From the sequence record NC_049340.1: 64,000 nt of DNA, one strand, 5' to 3'. Under the pieces are notes generated by a model. That model saw only the letters and a list, made by a program, of their open reading frames with translations. It ran no database searches and was not told where the DNA came from. The number at the start of each line of letters is the position of its first letter. Positions within the stretch are counted from its first letter, which is position 1. Position numbers and translations under genes: made by a program. This document shows, one piece after another, positions 49,802 to 58,912 of the stretch.

Positions 49802-50920
49802 ATGTCACACGAAAACGACCCATTTAAAATAAAAAATTATAAAGTAGTAAGAGGTCATAGAGAGTTTGATATTTTATTCGAAACTGTTGTTGGTTCTGTA
49901 GCATATGGAACAAACGTTGATGGTTCAGATATTGATATCAAAGGAGTGTTTTTACAACCACTTTCAGACCAATTATTATATGGTAAAATCCAACAAATTG
50001 TTGTTGATAAGGATACTGTTTATTATGAACTTAGTAGAGTTATTGAATTAATTTCAGTAGGTAATCCAACAATGTTAGAGATGCTGTTCATGCCGAATAG
50101 ATGTATTAGATACATGACCAAAGAATTTAGAGAAGTGATGTATAATGATGATACAAGACGTTCATTTATTACTATGAATTGTCGTAAAAGTTTCTGTGGT
50201 TATGCATACCAACAAATAAAAAAGGCTAGTGGATTAAATAAGTTGATGAACTTCGAAAAGGATGGATACTTTTCTGAACCTAAGGATGTTCTTGATTTTT
50301 GTTATGTATTTAACGATAGATTAGGTATTACAGAACCTGTAAAGGACTTATTATACAGAAGAAATCCACACGCAAGAAAGCAGGAAAATTATGGTCTTGT
50401 TAAGTGTAACCATACCATTAACACATTCTTTGTGTATTATTTCAATGAGTCAATGGAAAAGCGACCTAGTGGATTTATTGGAAGTGATTCTAATGAATTA
50501 AGAACATCATTAGTACCTAAGGGTATGCAGGTTGATTTTATTGTTCAATTTAATCATGGTGCATATAAAGAACACAAAAAGAAACACAAACAATATAAAA
50601 CATGGATAAAGGAAAGAAATACACAGAGGTATGTTGATTCTAAAACCCATGGACAAAAGATTGATGGTAAGAATTTATTACATTGTGTTAGATTGATTGA
50701 AATGGGTCGAGAACTAGCAGAACAAAGATGGATGAACGTTGAACGCCCAAATGCAAAAGAGTTAATTAAAATTAGAAAGGGTGAGGTTAATTTGAGTGAA
50801 TTATTAGATAAGTCTGAGAAACAATTGAGAGAGGTTGAAGATGTTTTCAGGGAATCTAAATTACCAAAAAACGTTTCACCAAAGTTAGTAAGAGATATTA
50901 AAACAAAATTTTATTTATAA
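49802..50920 (+). CDS. Pol-beta superfamily nucleotidyltransferase (phage Nuc-transf type)
   Basis: VGSVAYGTNVDGSDIDIKGVF; GNPTMLEML; KNLLHCVRL. Confidence 0.85.
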   Translation: MSHENDPFKIKNYKVVRGHREFDILFETVVGSVAYGTNVDGSDIDIKGVFLQPLSDQLLYGKIQQIVVDKDTVYYELSRVIELISVGNPTMLEMLFMPNRCIRYMTKEFREVMYNDDTRRSFITMNCRKSFCGYAYQQIKKASGLNKLMNFEKDGYFSEPKDVLDFCYVFNDRLGITEPVKDLLYRRNPHARKQENYGLVKCNHTINTFFVYYFNESMEKRPSGFIGSDSNELRTSLVPKGMQVDFIVQFNHGAYKEHKKKHKQYKTWIKERNTQRYVDSKTHGQKIDGKNLLHCVRLIEMGRELAEQRWMNVERPNAKELIKIRKGEVNLSELLDKSEKQLREVEDVFRESKLPKNVSPKLVRDIKTKFYL

Positions 50921-50922
50921 TC

Positions 50923-51578
50923 ATGCCAAAAGTAGGAGTAGTTAAATTAGATGAATTTGGCGAGTACACAGGTCAATCAACTTTTAGTGGTACAGCATCA
51001 ATACCTATTCATTACAGTTTTCAAAAAATAAATTTTATTTCAATAGTGATGATTTAACTAAGATAGGTATTGACCCAATAACATCAACAACATCAGCTAA
51101 ATCACGTGATGGTGCAATTGCTTTACTAGAGTTTGAGTTAGGTAGAGCATCAAACAAAGAAAAGTATTTATGGTTTAATGTTGTATTTAATCTTGATAGT
51201 AAACTAGAAACCAATGAAGTTTCTAAGAAAATAACGGATTATGCTTATGGTAGTCGTGTAAACTCTTCAATAATTGAGTTTTCTTATGGTAAGTGTTTAA
51301 AGGCTATCACACCACATGCAAATGAACTTATATACATTAAAACCGATGATAATTTCGTTGAACTTAAACGAAAGTCAACTATTTATCAACAACGTAATGT
51401 GTTCATAAAATACACCCAACAAAGAGAAGAGTTCCTAAAAAGCATTGTTGATGGAATCCAAACAATAAATGATAAGTTATTAACGTTTTTTGTTGATTGT
51501 GAAAGTGAAGAGCGTGTTGCAGAACAAATAGACATTATAGAAAATTCAAAAAACTTATTAGGTGCAGGAAGTAAGTAA
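50923..51578 (+). CDS. Hypothetical protein (apparent 1-nt deletion at 51023-28)
   Basis: Restoring one A gives a continuous ORF of about 218 aa, missed by the track. Confidence 0.55.
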
Positions 51579-52407
51579 CATACTAAATAAAACATTAGAT
51601 GAGGTTATTGAATGGTATATATCAAGCGATATCTATACCGATGATATTTCAGAACTAAGAGATAACAAACCAAAAATAACCTCATCTAAACAAAAACCAT
51701 ATGGTAGCTATAATCGAAGAAAACAATTAATAACAATTTGTAGTGATTTTCTTTCAGTTGTTATTAAAAAACCACAGGTTGATATTGACTTACACTCATA
51801 TTATTTACCTAAATTGGGTAGGTATATAGAACATGCATATATTTCAAATAAATCTGCTTTATTTGTTATTGTGTTACATGAAGTTGGACACCACATACAA
51901 AACCTTAGAAGAAAGTCAATATACCAACAATACATTCACAGAGTATCGTGGCTTAATGATAGAACATATTCGAATGGTAAAAGTATTAAAACTATAGAAT
52001 GTGAAACAACATATAATGAACTTGTTTGGTTTGAGTTATCAGGTAATGTTATTTACATTCAAGAAATATCAAACGATAGAGATAAAGTAAGAGAAATATT
52101 CAAAAACAGTTCTTTGAAAATTGAACCATATGTTTGGAGTGGTACTAAATCACCTAGAACAAAAACTAAGTGGTGTTTAGAATACTATTGTTTACATCAT
52201 AGTAATCTAGAACTTTTATCCAAAGGTTTTATAAAGTATAAGGATGAAGTATGTGAATGTAAGATTTACAAGAACAATAGTAAATCAAACAGTTCATATG
52301 TATTTCACATGCCAGCAAAGAGTATTGTTATAAAAAACATTAGGTATAAAAATATGTCAATAAATAAAACTATAGGAAGTGTGATAAAAAATTTGCACAC
52401 CAATTAA
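51562..52407 (+). CDS. Hypothetical protein with HEXXH zinc-metalloprotease-like motif
   Basis: IVLHEVGHHIQ. Confidence 0.55.
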   Translation: MQEVSNILNKTLDEVIEWYISSDIYTDDISELRDNKPKITSSKQKPYGSYNRRKQLITICSDFLSVVIKKPQVDIDLHSYYLPKLGRYIEHAYISNKSALFVIVLHEVGHHIQNLRRKSIYQQYIHRVSWLNDRTYSNGKSIKTIECETTYNELVWFELSGNVIYIQEISNDRDKVREIFKNSSLKIEPYVWSGTKSPRTKTKWCLEYYCLHHSNLELLSKGFIKYKDEVCECKIYKNNSKSNSSYVFHMPAKSIVIKNIRYKNMSINKTIGSVIKNLHTN

Positions 52408-52423
52408 ATTAGTTTTATATTTG
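52392..52423 (+). promoter_or_regulatory. Sigma-A promoter
   Basis: TTTG 52392-95, 20-nt spacer, TATATTTG 52416-23. Confidence 0.75.
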
Positions 52424-52432
52424 CATATAATT

Positions 52433-52783
52433 ATGAAAGAAATGAAAACTATTTGTCATAAAGCAGAGTTAGAGTGGGGTGATGTATACACATTCGTTGA
52501 GGTTAACGGAACAGCATCAGCTAGAGCATATACATTTAAGGATGGTGATGATGCAATATATCTAGAAGCATTATATGTTAATGATTCCGTTAGGCGAAAT
52601 GGTTATGGTAAGAAGTTACAAGAACTTCGAGAGGAACTTGGAAGAACCTTAGATAAAAGTAAAAGTATCTTATGGGTTGTTAAGGGAACATGGCAGGAGG
52701 AATGGTATAAGCGAAGAGGTTATACATTACTTGCAGAGCGTGTTGAAGATTCCAATACAATTTGGATGAGTAAGAAAATATAA
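52433..52783 (+). CDS. GNAT-family acetyltransferase
   Basis: LEALYVNDSVRRNGYGKKL (acetyl-CoA-binding motif A); WYKRRGY. Confidence 0.8.
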   Translation: MKEMKTICHKAELEWGDVYTFVEVNGTASARAYTFKDGDDAIYLEALYVNDSVRRNGYGKKLQELREELGRTLDKSKSILWVVKGTWQEEWYKRRGYTLLAERVEDSNTIWMSKKI

Positions 52784-53147
52784 TATAACATTGTTAAATA
52801 CATAAAAATTCCAGTAATTTATTTAAGAACACAGGATGGTAACAACATAATTGAAACCTCGGTAACAAAAAATTCGGATGGTATTGTTGACTTATAAACA
52901 GCACCATATATACAAAATTATTCATTCTTTTTATTAGGTTGTGTAGTTGGTGTAGAGAACCAAACAGCGTTCATTACATATATTGAAAATCTATCAGAAA
53001 TTCGTGGATGGTTATGGGAAGATTATTATATGAGAAATAAAGATGCTAAGACCAATAAGGAGGTTGTAACACAAAAAATCATTGAACAATATGAAATTGT
53101 TGCAAAGAGATTCAATTTATGTGTGGTAACTGATTAATAAAATACTA

Positions 53148-53403
53148 TGGAATTAGAAATAAACGGTGTTAGATATGAAGAAATTCAAATAGAGCCTAAA
53201 AAAGAATGATTTCTTCTATGTATAAGGTTTTGATGATGGCTGCAATGTTTGTTGGTATGGCAGGTTATGGTAATAGTAAAACACTAAATGTAAACATCAT
53301 TAATGAATTTTAACTAATACAACAAAAGAAAAGTAAATTATCACGTAATGAGCGTGATTGGGTTGTTGACCAATTCAACAAAAGATTTAAGCGAGTATCA
53401 TAA
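53148..53403 (+). pseudogene. Hypothetical gene with an apparent frameshift and an in-frame TAA (probably sequence errors)
   Basis: MELEINGVRYEEIQIEPKK / RMISSMYKV...NEF*LIQQKKSKLSRNERDWVV. Confidence 0.4.
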
Positions 53404-53437
53404 ACATTTATTATTAACATTTAAACATTTATTAAAC

Positions 53438-53971
53438 ATGCAAAAAGCAATTATTATCATTTTATTTACATTAGTAACCGCATTAGGTATTGGTTATGTA
53501 GTAATGAACATTAGTTATGGAAACCAAGAACAACGCCTAAGAAACTCTATTGAGAATAAAATTGAGGCAAACCAATCACATTTTTCAAAGATGCAAAATA
53601 TCATTTTCGGAAATGCTGAGGTTGCTAAGAAGTATGCTGAGGATTTCAAAAAGATTTATCCTGATTTAATTGCAGGTAGATATTCAAAGCACCAAGGAAA
53701 AATGATGCAATGGGTTCAAGAATCTAATCCGAATTATTCTACTAAACTATTAGAGAATGTACAAGTACAAATAACAGCACAACGTGAATCATTCCATACT
53801 ACACAAACACAATTATTAGATTTAAAACGTGTACATGATGACTTACTAACCACATTTCCTGGTTCATTCTTCTTATCTGATAAAGAGCAAATCAACGTAC
53901 CAATCATTAAGAATGCTGGTGTAGAGAAAGTATTTGAGACAGAAACCGAACAACCTAAATCATTATTTTAA
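53438..53971 (+). CDS. LemA-like membrane-anchored protein
   Basis: N-terminal transmembrane segment, SYGNQEQRL, helical body, ending ...LTTFPGSFF. Confidence 0.6.
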   Translation: MQKAIIIILFTLVTALGIGYVVMNISYGNQEQRLRNSIENKIEANQSHFSKMQNIIFGNAEVAKKYAEDFKKIYPDLIAGRYSKHQGKMMQWVQESNPNYSTKLLENVQVQITAQRESFHTTQTQLLDLKRVHDDLLTTFPGSFFLSDKEQINVPIIKNAGVEKVFETETEQPKSLF

Positions 53972-55068
53972 TGGAGTGGGGTTCATTATTGCTACCGATT
54001 TTTTTATCAGTAGCTTGTTTTTTTCTATACAAACATAAACTTGTTTGGTTTGAAGTTGTACTACCTATATTAGCTAGTTTAATAACCATGTTAATATTTA
54101 AGTGGGTTGCTGTGGGTAAGTTGACAGAAGATGTTGAGTTCTACACAAACTATCCAACAGAAGTTAGATATTATGAAAGATGGAATGAGTATATACACGT
54201 AACATGTACACGTACAATATCATGTGGTAAGGATTGTACAACAACCGTAACATATGATTGTTCATATGTGAGGAATTATAGTGAATATTGGGGAGTATAT
54301 CTTAATGATGGTTCTAGCTATTATATTTCACAATCAACATATAATTACTATGTTAGATTATGGAAAGCAACACCAAAATTTGTTAATATGCATCGTGATT
54401 ATCATTCTATTGATGGTGATATGTACAAAGCTAAATGGAATGGTGATTTCAATACAATTGACCCATGGGTTCGTAAACACACCTACGAAAATAAAGTACA
54501 GGCGGTTAATTCTGTAATGAAATTTAGTGAACTATCTGAGGAACAAAAGAAAGGTTTATATGATTACCCACCAGTTAAGAACAATGAGCAGGATGCGTGT
54601 TTAGGTTGTAATATTTCTGATAATGATTTTCTAAATAAATTGAATGCTGTTTATGGTAGGTCAAAGGAAATTAGAGTTTTAGTATTGGTATTTGATAATC
54701 CTGATATAAGTATAGCTGAGTTACAGCAATCATTTTGGAAAGGTGGTAATAAGAATGAGTTAGTTGTTTGTTTCGATAAGAATAATAAATGGGCAAAGGC
54801 GTTCTCATGGTCTGATGATAAGCTATTAGAAACTGAATTGAATATTTTATTCCGTGATAGTTCATTGACAACAAAACAAAAGATAGCAAAGATGTATAAA
54901 TTAATCCCAACTAAATGGAAGCGTAAAAACTTCTCGGATTTTGATTATATAAAAATTGATTTAACACCTAAACAATTGATATATCTATACATCATAACAT
55001 TTATTATTAGTCTTGGTTTTTTGTTATGGGGAATCCATAATGATATTGATGAAGATACATTTTATTAG
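53971..55068 (+). CDS. Membrane protein with a TPM-like extracytoplasmic domain
   Basis: Two N-terminal and one C-terminal transmembrane segments; VLVLVF..AELQQSFWKGGNKNELVV. Confidence 0.55.
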   Translation: MEWGSLLLPIFLSVACFFLYKHKLVWFEVVLPILASLITMLIFKWVAVGKLTEDVEFYTNYPTEVRYYERWNEYIHVTCTRTISCGKDCTTTVTYDCSYVRNYSEYWGVYLNDGSSYYISQSTYNYYVRLWKATPKFVNMHRDYHSIDGDMYKAKWNGDFNTIDPWVRKHTYENKVQAVNSVMKFSELSEEQKKGLYDYPPVKNNEQDACLGCNISDNDFLNKLNAVYGRSKEIRVLVLVFDNPDISIAELQQSFWKGGNKNELVVCFDKNNKWAKAFSWSDDKLLETELNILFRDSSLTTKQKIAKMYKLIPTKWKRKNFSDFDYIKIDLTPKQLIYLYIITFIISLGFLLWGIHNDIDEDTFY

Positions 55069-55070
55069 AT

Positions 55071-55376
55071 ATGAATAACAGAATATACCCAAAATTTAAA
55101 GCAACAAATGAATTACTTGATAAATTACCTAACAAGTATGGTGAACTTGGTCACCCTAATAGAAATACTATAGATTTATCTAAAGTAACTCATATAATTA
55201 AAAGTGTAAGTAAAAAGAAAAATAAGCTACCTAGAAAGAAAAAGAAAGCATTTATCAAAAAGTATGGTATATATGAATATAGACTTAAATTCAAACCATC
55301 TATTGCATATGATATTGAGTTCTTTGATACTAAACATGGCAAACTTGCAAGAGAACTTTATAATAAAAAGAAATAG
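55071..55376 (+). CDS. Hypothetical basic protein
   Basis: 101-aa ORF; YGELGHP motif. Confidence 0.6.
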   Translation: MNNRIYPKFKATNELLDKLPNKYGELGHPNRNTIDLSKVTHIIKSVSKKKNKLPRKKKKAFIKKYGIYEYRLKFKPSIAYDIEFFDTKHGKLARELYNKKK

Positions 55377-55486
55377 GTTGTTCAATACGAAGTTTTGGAC
55401 ATTTATCGGAAGATAATAAAACCATAAAAGATTGTCATATTATATCGGTTGATTTATTACCAATATCTGAATTATAAAATAATTAA

Positions 55487-55526
55487 AAAAAGCATTTGGA
55501 TAATTCAAATGCTTTTTGTAGTTTTG
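55487..55526 (+). promoter_or_regulatory. Palindromic promoter (near copy of 48111-48149)
   Basis: aaaaagcatttgga-taa-ttcaaatgcttttt; TTTG 55495-98, 20-nt spacer, TAGTTTTG 55519-26. Confidence 0.75.
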
Positions 55527-55550
55527 TCTAGTAATTAAAATAGATTAAAA

Positions 55551-55799
55551 ATGAGTAATAACCCTGAATATAATTTAACATTCATTGAAGCCTTTGAAAA
55601 GGTTATCTATAATGGTACATGTGTGCGTGGTGAGAACTTCAAAAAAGGTGTATATTTAAAATGTTCTGATAGAGGTGAATTAGTAACAGTAGATGCTAAA
55701 CATTTTTATAAAGCCACACCACACCCTTGGATTGATTCATTAAAGAATCAGAAGTATAGAGAATTGAGCGTAATGACATTAAAAGAATTAAGTAAATAA
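55551..55799 (+). CDS. Hypothetical protein
   Basis: 82-aa ORF after the promoter. Confidence 0.65.
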   Translation: MSNNPEYNLTFIEAFEKVIYNGTCVRGENFKKGVYLKCSDRGELVTVDAKHFYKATPHPWIDSLKNQKYRELSVMTLKELSK

Positions 55800-55801
55800 A
55801 G

Positions 55802-56914
55802 ATGAATATACAAGAAGTATTAAATAAGTCTCTTGAAGAGCGTAAAGAAATTTTCAACAATGCTAAAGTAGCATATTATGAAACAGACTCACCAATAATG
55901 TCTGATTCTGATTATGATTTGTTAGAAGAGTCTATCATTACAGATTCACATGATGATATGTTTATTGGTGTTAATTCAAGACACAATAAAGCCGAACACA
56001 GAAATAAAATGTTATCATTAAAAAAGCATAACATTAATATTGATGGGTCTGATACAGATTCTGTATTACTTGAAGCATTCAATAAATTGGGTGGTGGTAG
56101 ATACACATTAGGTTTATCAATGAAGTATGATGGATTGGCTGTTGATGTAGATTTTGAAAACCGAACACTAAAACAAATTGCAACTCGTGGTGATGGTAGT
56201 ATGGGAGTTAATAGAACAAATAAACTAAGACATATTATTGATAACGACCCATCTTGGCAAATGTTATTTGATAAGTTTGTTACAGGTAATGTTCGTTGTG
56301 AGTGTATAGTTGATTACCCAACATTTGAAGAACATTATATAGATAGTGGTAAGAAACATCCACGTAATGTAGCAAGTGGATTAGTTGGTGATGAGAATCT
56401 TGAAGCTGGTGTAGGTCATTTAAGATTGGTTGCGTTAGAGGGTATTGATTCTAGTGGCTTAATTATCACATCAAGAACATTAGACATGTATTTGACTGAT
56501 GTTAGAAATGAAATTAACAATATTGAAACATATGAAGACCTAAAACAAGTGTTCCAATCATTTAAAGAACGTAGACAGGACTTCATAGAACCAACAGATG
56601 GTTTAGTACTTTCAAAGTCATCAACCAATATGGAATTTAAACATGATGGTAAGTATCCTGAACATGCATTGTGTATTAAGTTCAGTTCACCAAACTTTAA
56701 AGCTACTGTTACTGATATTGAATGGAATTTACAAAAGACAGGTAGATATGTACCTAAGGTATATTTCACACCAATTACCGTTGATGGTAGAGATATTGTA
56801 AAGGCTAGTGGACACAACCTAGATTGGTTAGTTAGAAATAACATCAAGGTTGGTAAAGAAATTACTATACAATTATCAGGTGACATCATACCATATATTT
56901 TGACAGATGTATAA
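55802..56914 (+). CDS. ligA: NAD+-dependent DNA ligase, minimal (Ia + adenylation + OB domains)
   Basis: YYETDSPIMSDSDYDLL, MLSL, KYDG, TRGDG..G, PTDGLV, ASGHN, GDIIP; ends after the OB fold. Confidence 0.88.
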   Translation: MNIQEVLNKSLEERKEIFNNAKVAYYETDSPIMSDSDYDLLEESIITDSHDDMFIGVNSRHNKAEHRNKMLSLKKHNINIDGSDTDSVLLEAFNKLGGGRYTLGLSMKYDGLAVDVDFENRTLKQIATRGDGSMGVNRTNKLRHIIDNDPSWQMLFDKFVTGNVRCECIVDYPTFEEHYIDSGKKHPRNVASGLVGDENLEAGVGHLRLVALEGIDSSGLIITSRTLDMYLTDVRNEINNIETYEDLKQVFQSFKERRQDFIEPTDGLVLSKSSTNMEFKHDGKYPEHALCIKFSSPNFKATVTDIEWNLQKTGRYVPKVYFTPITVDGRDIVKASGHNLDWLVRNNIKVGKEITIQLSGDIIPYILTDV

Positions 56915-57248
56915 CGATAAGCAACAATGGTATTTAAATAGCAGAGGACTCTTTACACTTGAACTAGGTAAAGAGTACTTTGTTACTCATAAGGCATCAC
57001 CAAATATGGTAGTTCGTCTTAGATTAGTAAAGGTAACACCAAAAGGTTTTAATTTACTAAATGTACTAACAGGTAAGTGTGTATTATATCCACATATTTA
57101 CCCATATAAAAAGAATGATTCGTTTAATGGTTATGATAACCCTATGAAGTTTTGGTTAAATAAAAATTGGCAATTTGTCAAAGTTACTGAAAAGAACGAA
57201 CATATAGTAGTAACAACAAGTAAATATATAAGTAACAACTATGTTTAA
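56907..57248 (+). CDS. Hypothetical protein
   Basis: 113-aa ORF overlapping the ligase stop. Confidence 0.7.
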   Translation: MYNDKQQWYLNSRGLFTLELGKEYFVTHKASPNMVVRLRLVKVTPKGFNLLNVLTGKCVLYPHIYPYKKNDSFNGYDNPMKFWLNKNWQFVKVTEKNEHIVVTTSKYISNNYV

Positions 57249-57663
57249 TTTATTCAAACGAAATAAGACAAAGGGTTTAAAAACTAACCTACTTAGAAAA
57301 ATAAGGTCACATAAATTTAAATACTATCCTGAGGATAGATTGATTATTATATCTGATAAAAATTACAATGAGGTTTTTAGATTAGAGAAAATAACCATAC
57401 CAACAAACAAAAGAAACTATAGTTTCTCAGGACAATTACATGGTATTATCATTTATTTTGATGATTATTATGATTTTATGAAATATATTTACTATTATAT
57501 TTTATGTCCTAATACTGATATATTCGATATAGCAACCAGCTATTCTAGTACTAAAAAGTTACATAATGTTGTACATAGATTATATCATTATAATAAGTAC
57601 TATAAAAGGGTTAAGAAAGCATCAATAATAAATAATGAAACACCTAAGCGTTTATGGAAATAA
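57241..57663 (+). CDS. Hypothetical protein
   Basis: 140-aa ORF. Confidence 0.65.
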   Translation: MFNLFKRNKTKGLKTNLLRKIRSHKFKYYPEDRLIIISDKNYNEVFRLEKITIPTNKRNYSFSGQLHGIIIYFDDYYDFMKYIYYYILCPNTDIFDIATSYSSTKKLHNVVHRLYHYNKYYKRVKKASIINNETPKRLWK

Positions 57664-58693
57664 GTGCTAAAGAAATTAAATTGAGTGGTAGTGTTTTATA
57701 CATACCAATATACTCTATGCGTGATAAAAAAACTGGGCAATATATTCCATCAATGGATGGTAATATAAACAGTATGCTACATAGATTATATAATAATAGA
57801 CATGATGTAAATGAGGTGATGATTGCTATACCAAATATTAAGAAATTAAATATTGGTGAACTTGAAAAACTCAGAAAATCTATTAAGTCTATTGGTATAA
57901 ATAATGTTGATTATTTGCCGTTATCATGGTTATATGGTTCTAGTGTAGGTAATACAAGATTAAAGGCATTAGCATTTGAAGATAAATTCGATACGGAATA
58001 TATAGAGCCTACCGTTACTGTTTGTGAATTACCAATTGATATTAAATCTAATACCAAGGTTTTTTATAATTATAATTGGAATGCTGTTGACAACACAAAT
58101 GATTTATTAAATCTTAGTTTCAACGTGAGGTTGAGTTATCGAAGAAACATGATACATTTTTATTCTCAGATATTCAATATAGATATTGGGCTAGTAGGAT
58201 TAGTCAAATAAAGGACATTAAAAGTAAATTTTGGAGGTCTATCGACATTTATTCTAGTGAATTATTTGAAGAAATATCACAAACAGAAATTGATAATTTC
58301 ATGGATGGGATATCAAAAAAAGAACTTAACTTCTTTAATAATATATTACCGAAAGAAGATATTGTATTTTATCCGATGAGGGTTGATGACCCTAGATATG
58401 ACTTCAAATGCATATTGGATTATGTTGAAGAGAGTAATAAACTAATGGTTATAACAAACCCAACAAATATTGAAATAGAGTATAATCATCATATCATTGA
58501 TTTATCTGATAGTGTTAATAAAAGAGGTTTATACTTTAAGATATTATCCAAGTTAAAATCATCTGATAGAATCATACATGCGTGTGATGATGTACACATA
58601 TCATTATTTGAACAATTATCTTTAAGTGAGGCTGATGTTACATTTAACGACACTATGCACATTTTAGATATTGATACATATATAAAATCCTAG
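57654..58693 (+). CDS. Putative DNA glycosyltransferase (GT-B-like; apparent 1-nt deletion at 58118-20 joins two track ORFs)
   Basis: Joined ORF of about 346 aa: VLYIPIYSMRD..G.Y....DGN and IVFYPMRVDDPRY; cluster context. The fold call is an inference. Confidence 0.45.
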
Positions 58694-58699
58694 ACCAAA

Positions 58700-58830
58700 C
58701 TCTACTTAAATCCACGATACGAACCCCCGAAATAATGGATAAGTTTTAACCTTAAATATTAGCATATGATTAGTTTATGGGGGTTTACTAAATCTATGCA
58801 AATTTGTTCCACAACCTACTACGGGGAACT
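58700..58830. ncRNA. Candidate structured RNA (loop-loop/pseudoknot)
   Basis: Stems 58710-14/58736-40, 58762-74/58787-99 and 58806-10/58825-29; loop aaccccc (58722-28) is complementary to loop gggggtt (58779-85). Confidence 0.4.
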
Positions 58831-58832
58831 TC

Positions 58833-58892
58833 AAAACACACCGAATTTTTTCGGTGTGTTTCTTGTTTATATAATATTTTTGTTTATATTTG
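58833..58892 (+). promoter_or_regulatory. Hairpin plus sigma-A promoter
   Basis: aaacacaccgaa-tttt-ttcggtgtgttt; TTG 58863-65, 19-nt spacer, TATATTTG 58885-92. Confidence 0.7.
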
Positions 58893-58912
58893 CAGTATCA
58901 AAATAATAACAG

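Noticed and set aside
52895-53315. In-frame TAA codons (about 52894 and 53311) suggesting stop-codon reassignment
   Set aside because: Most genes end in TAA, and TAG/TGA also terminate genes. Both cases are explained by run-boundary miscalls such as tttaaa read as ttttaa.
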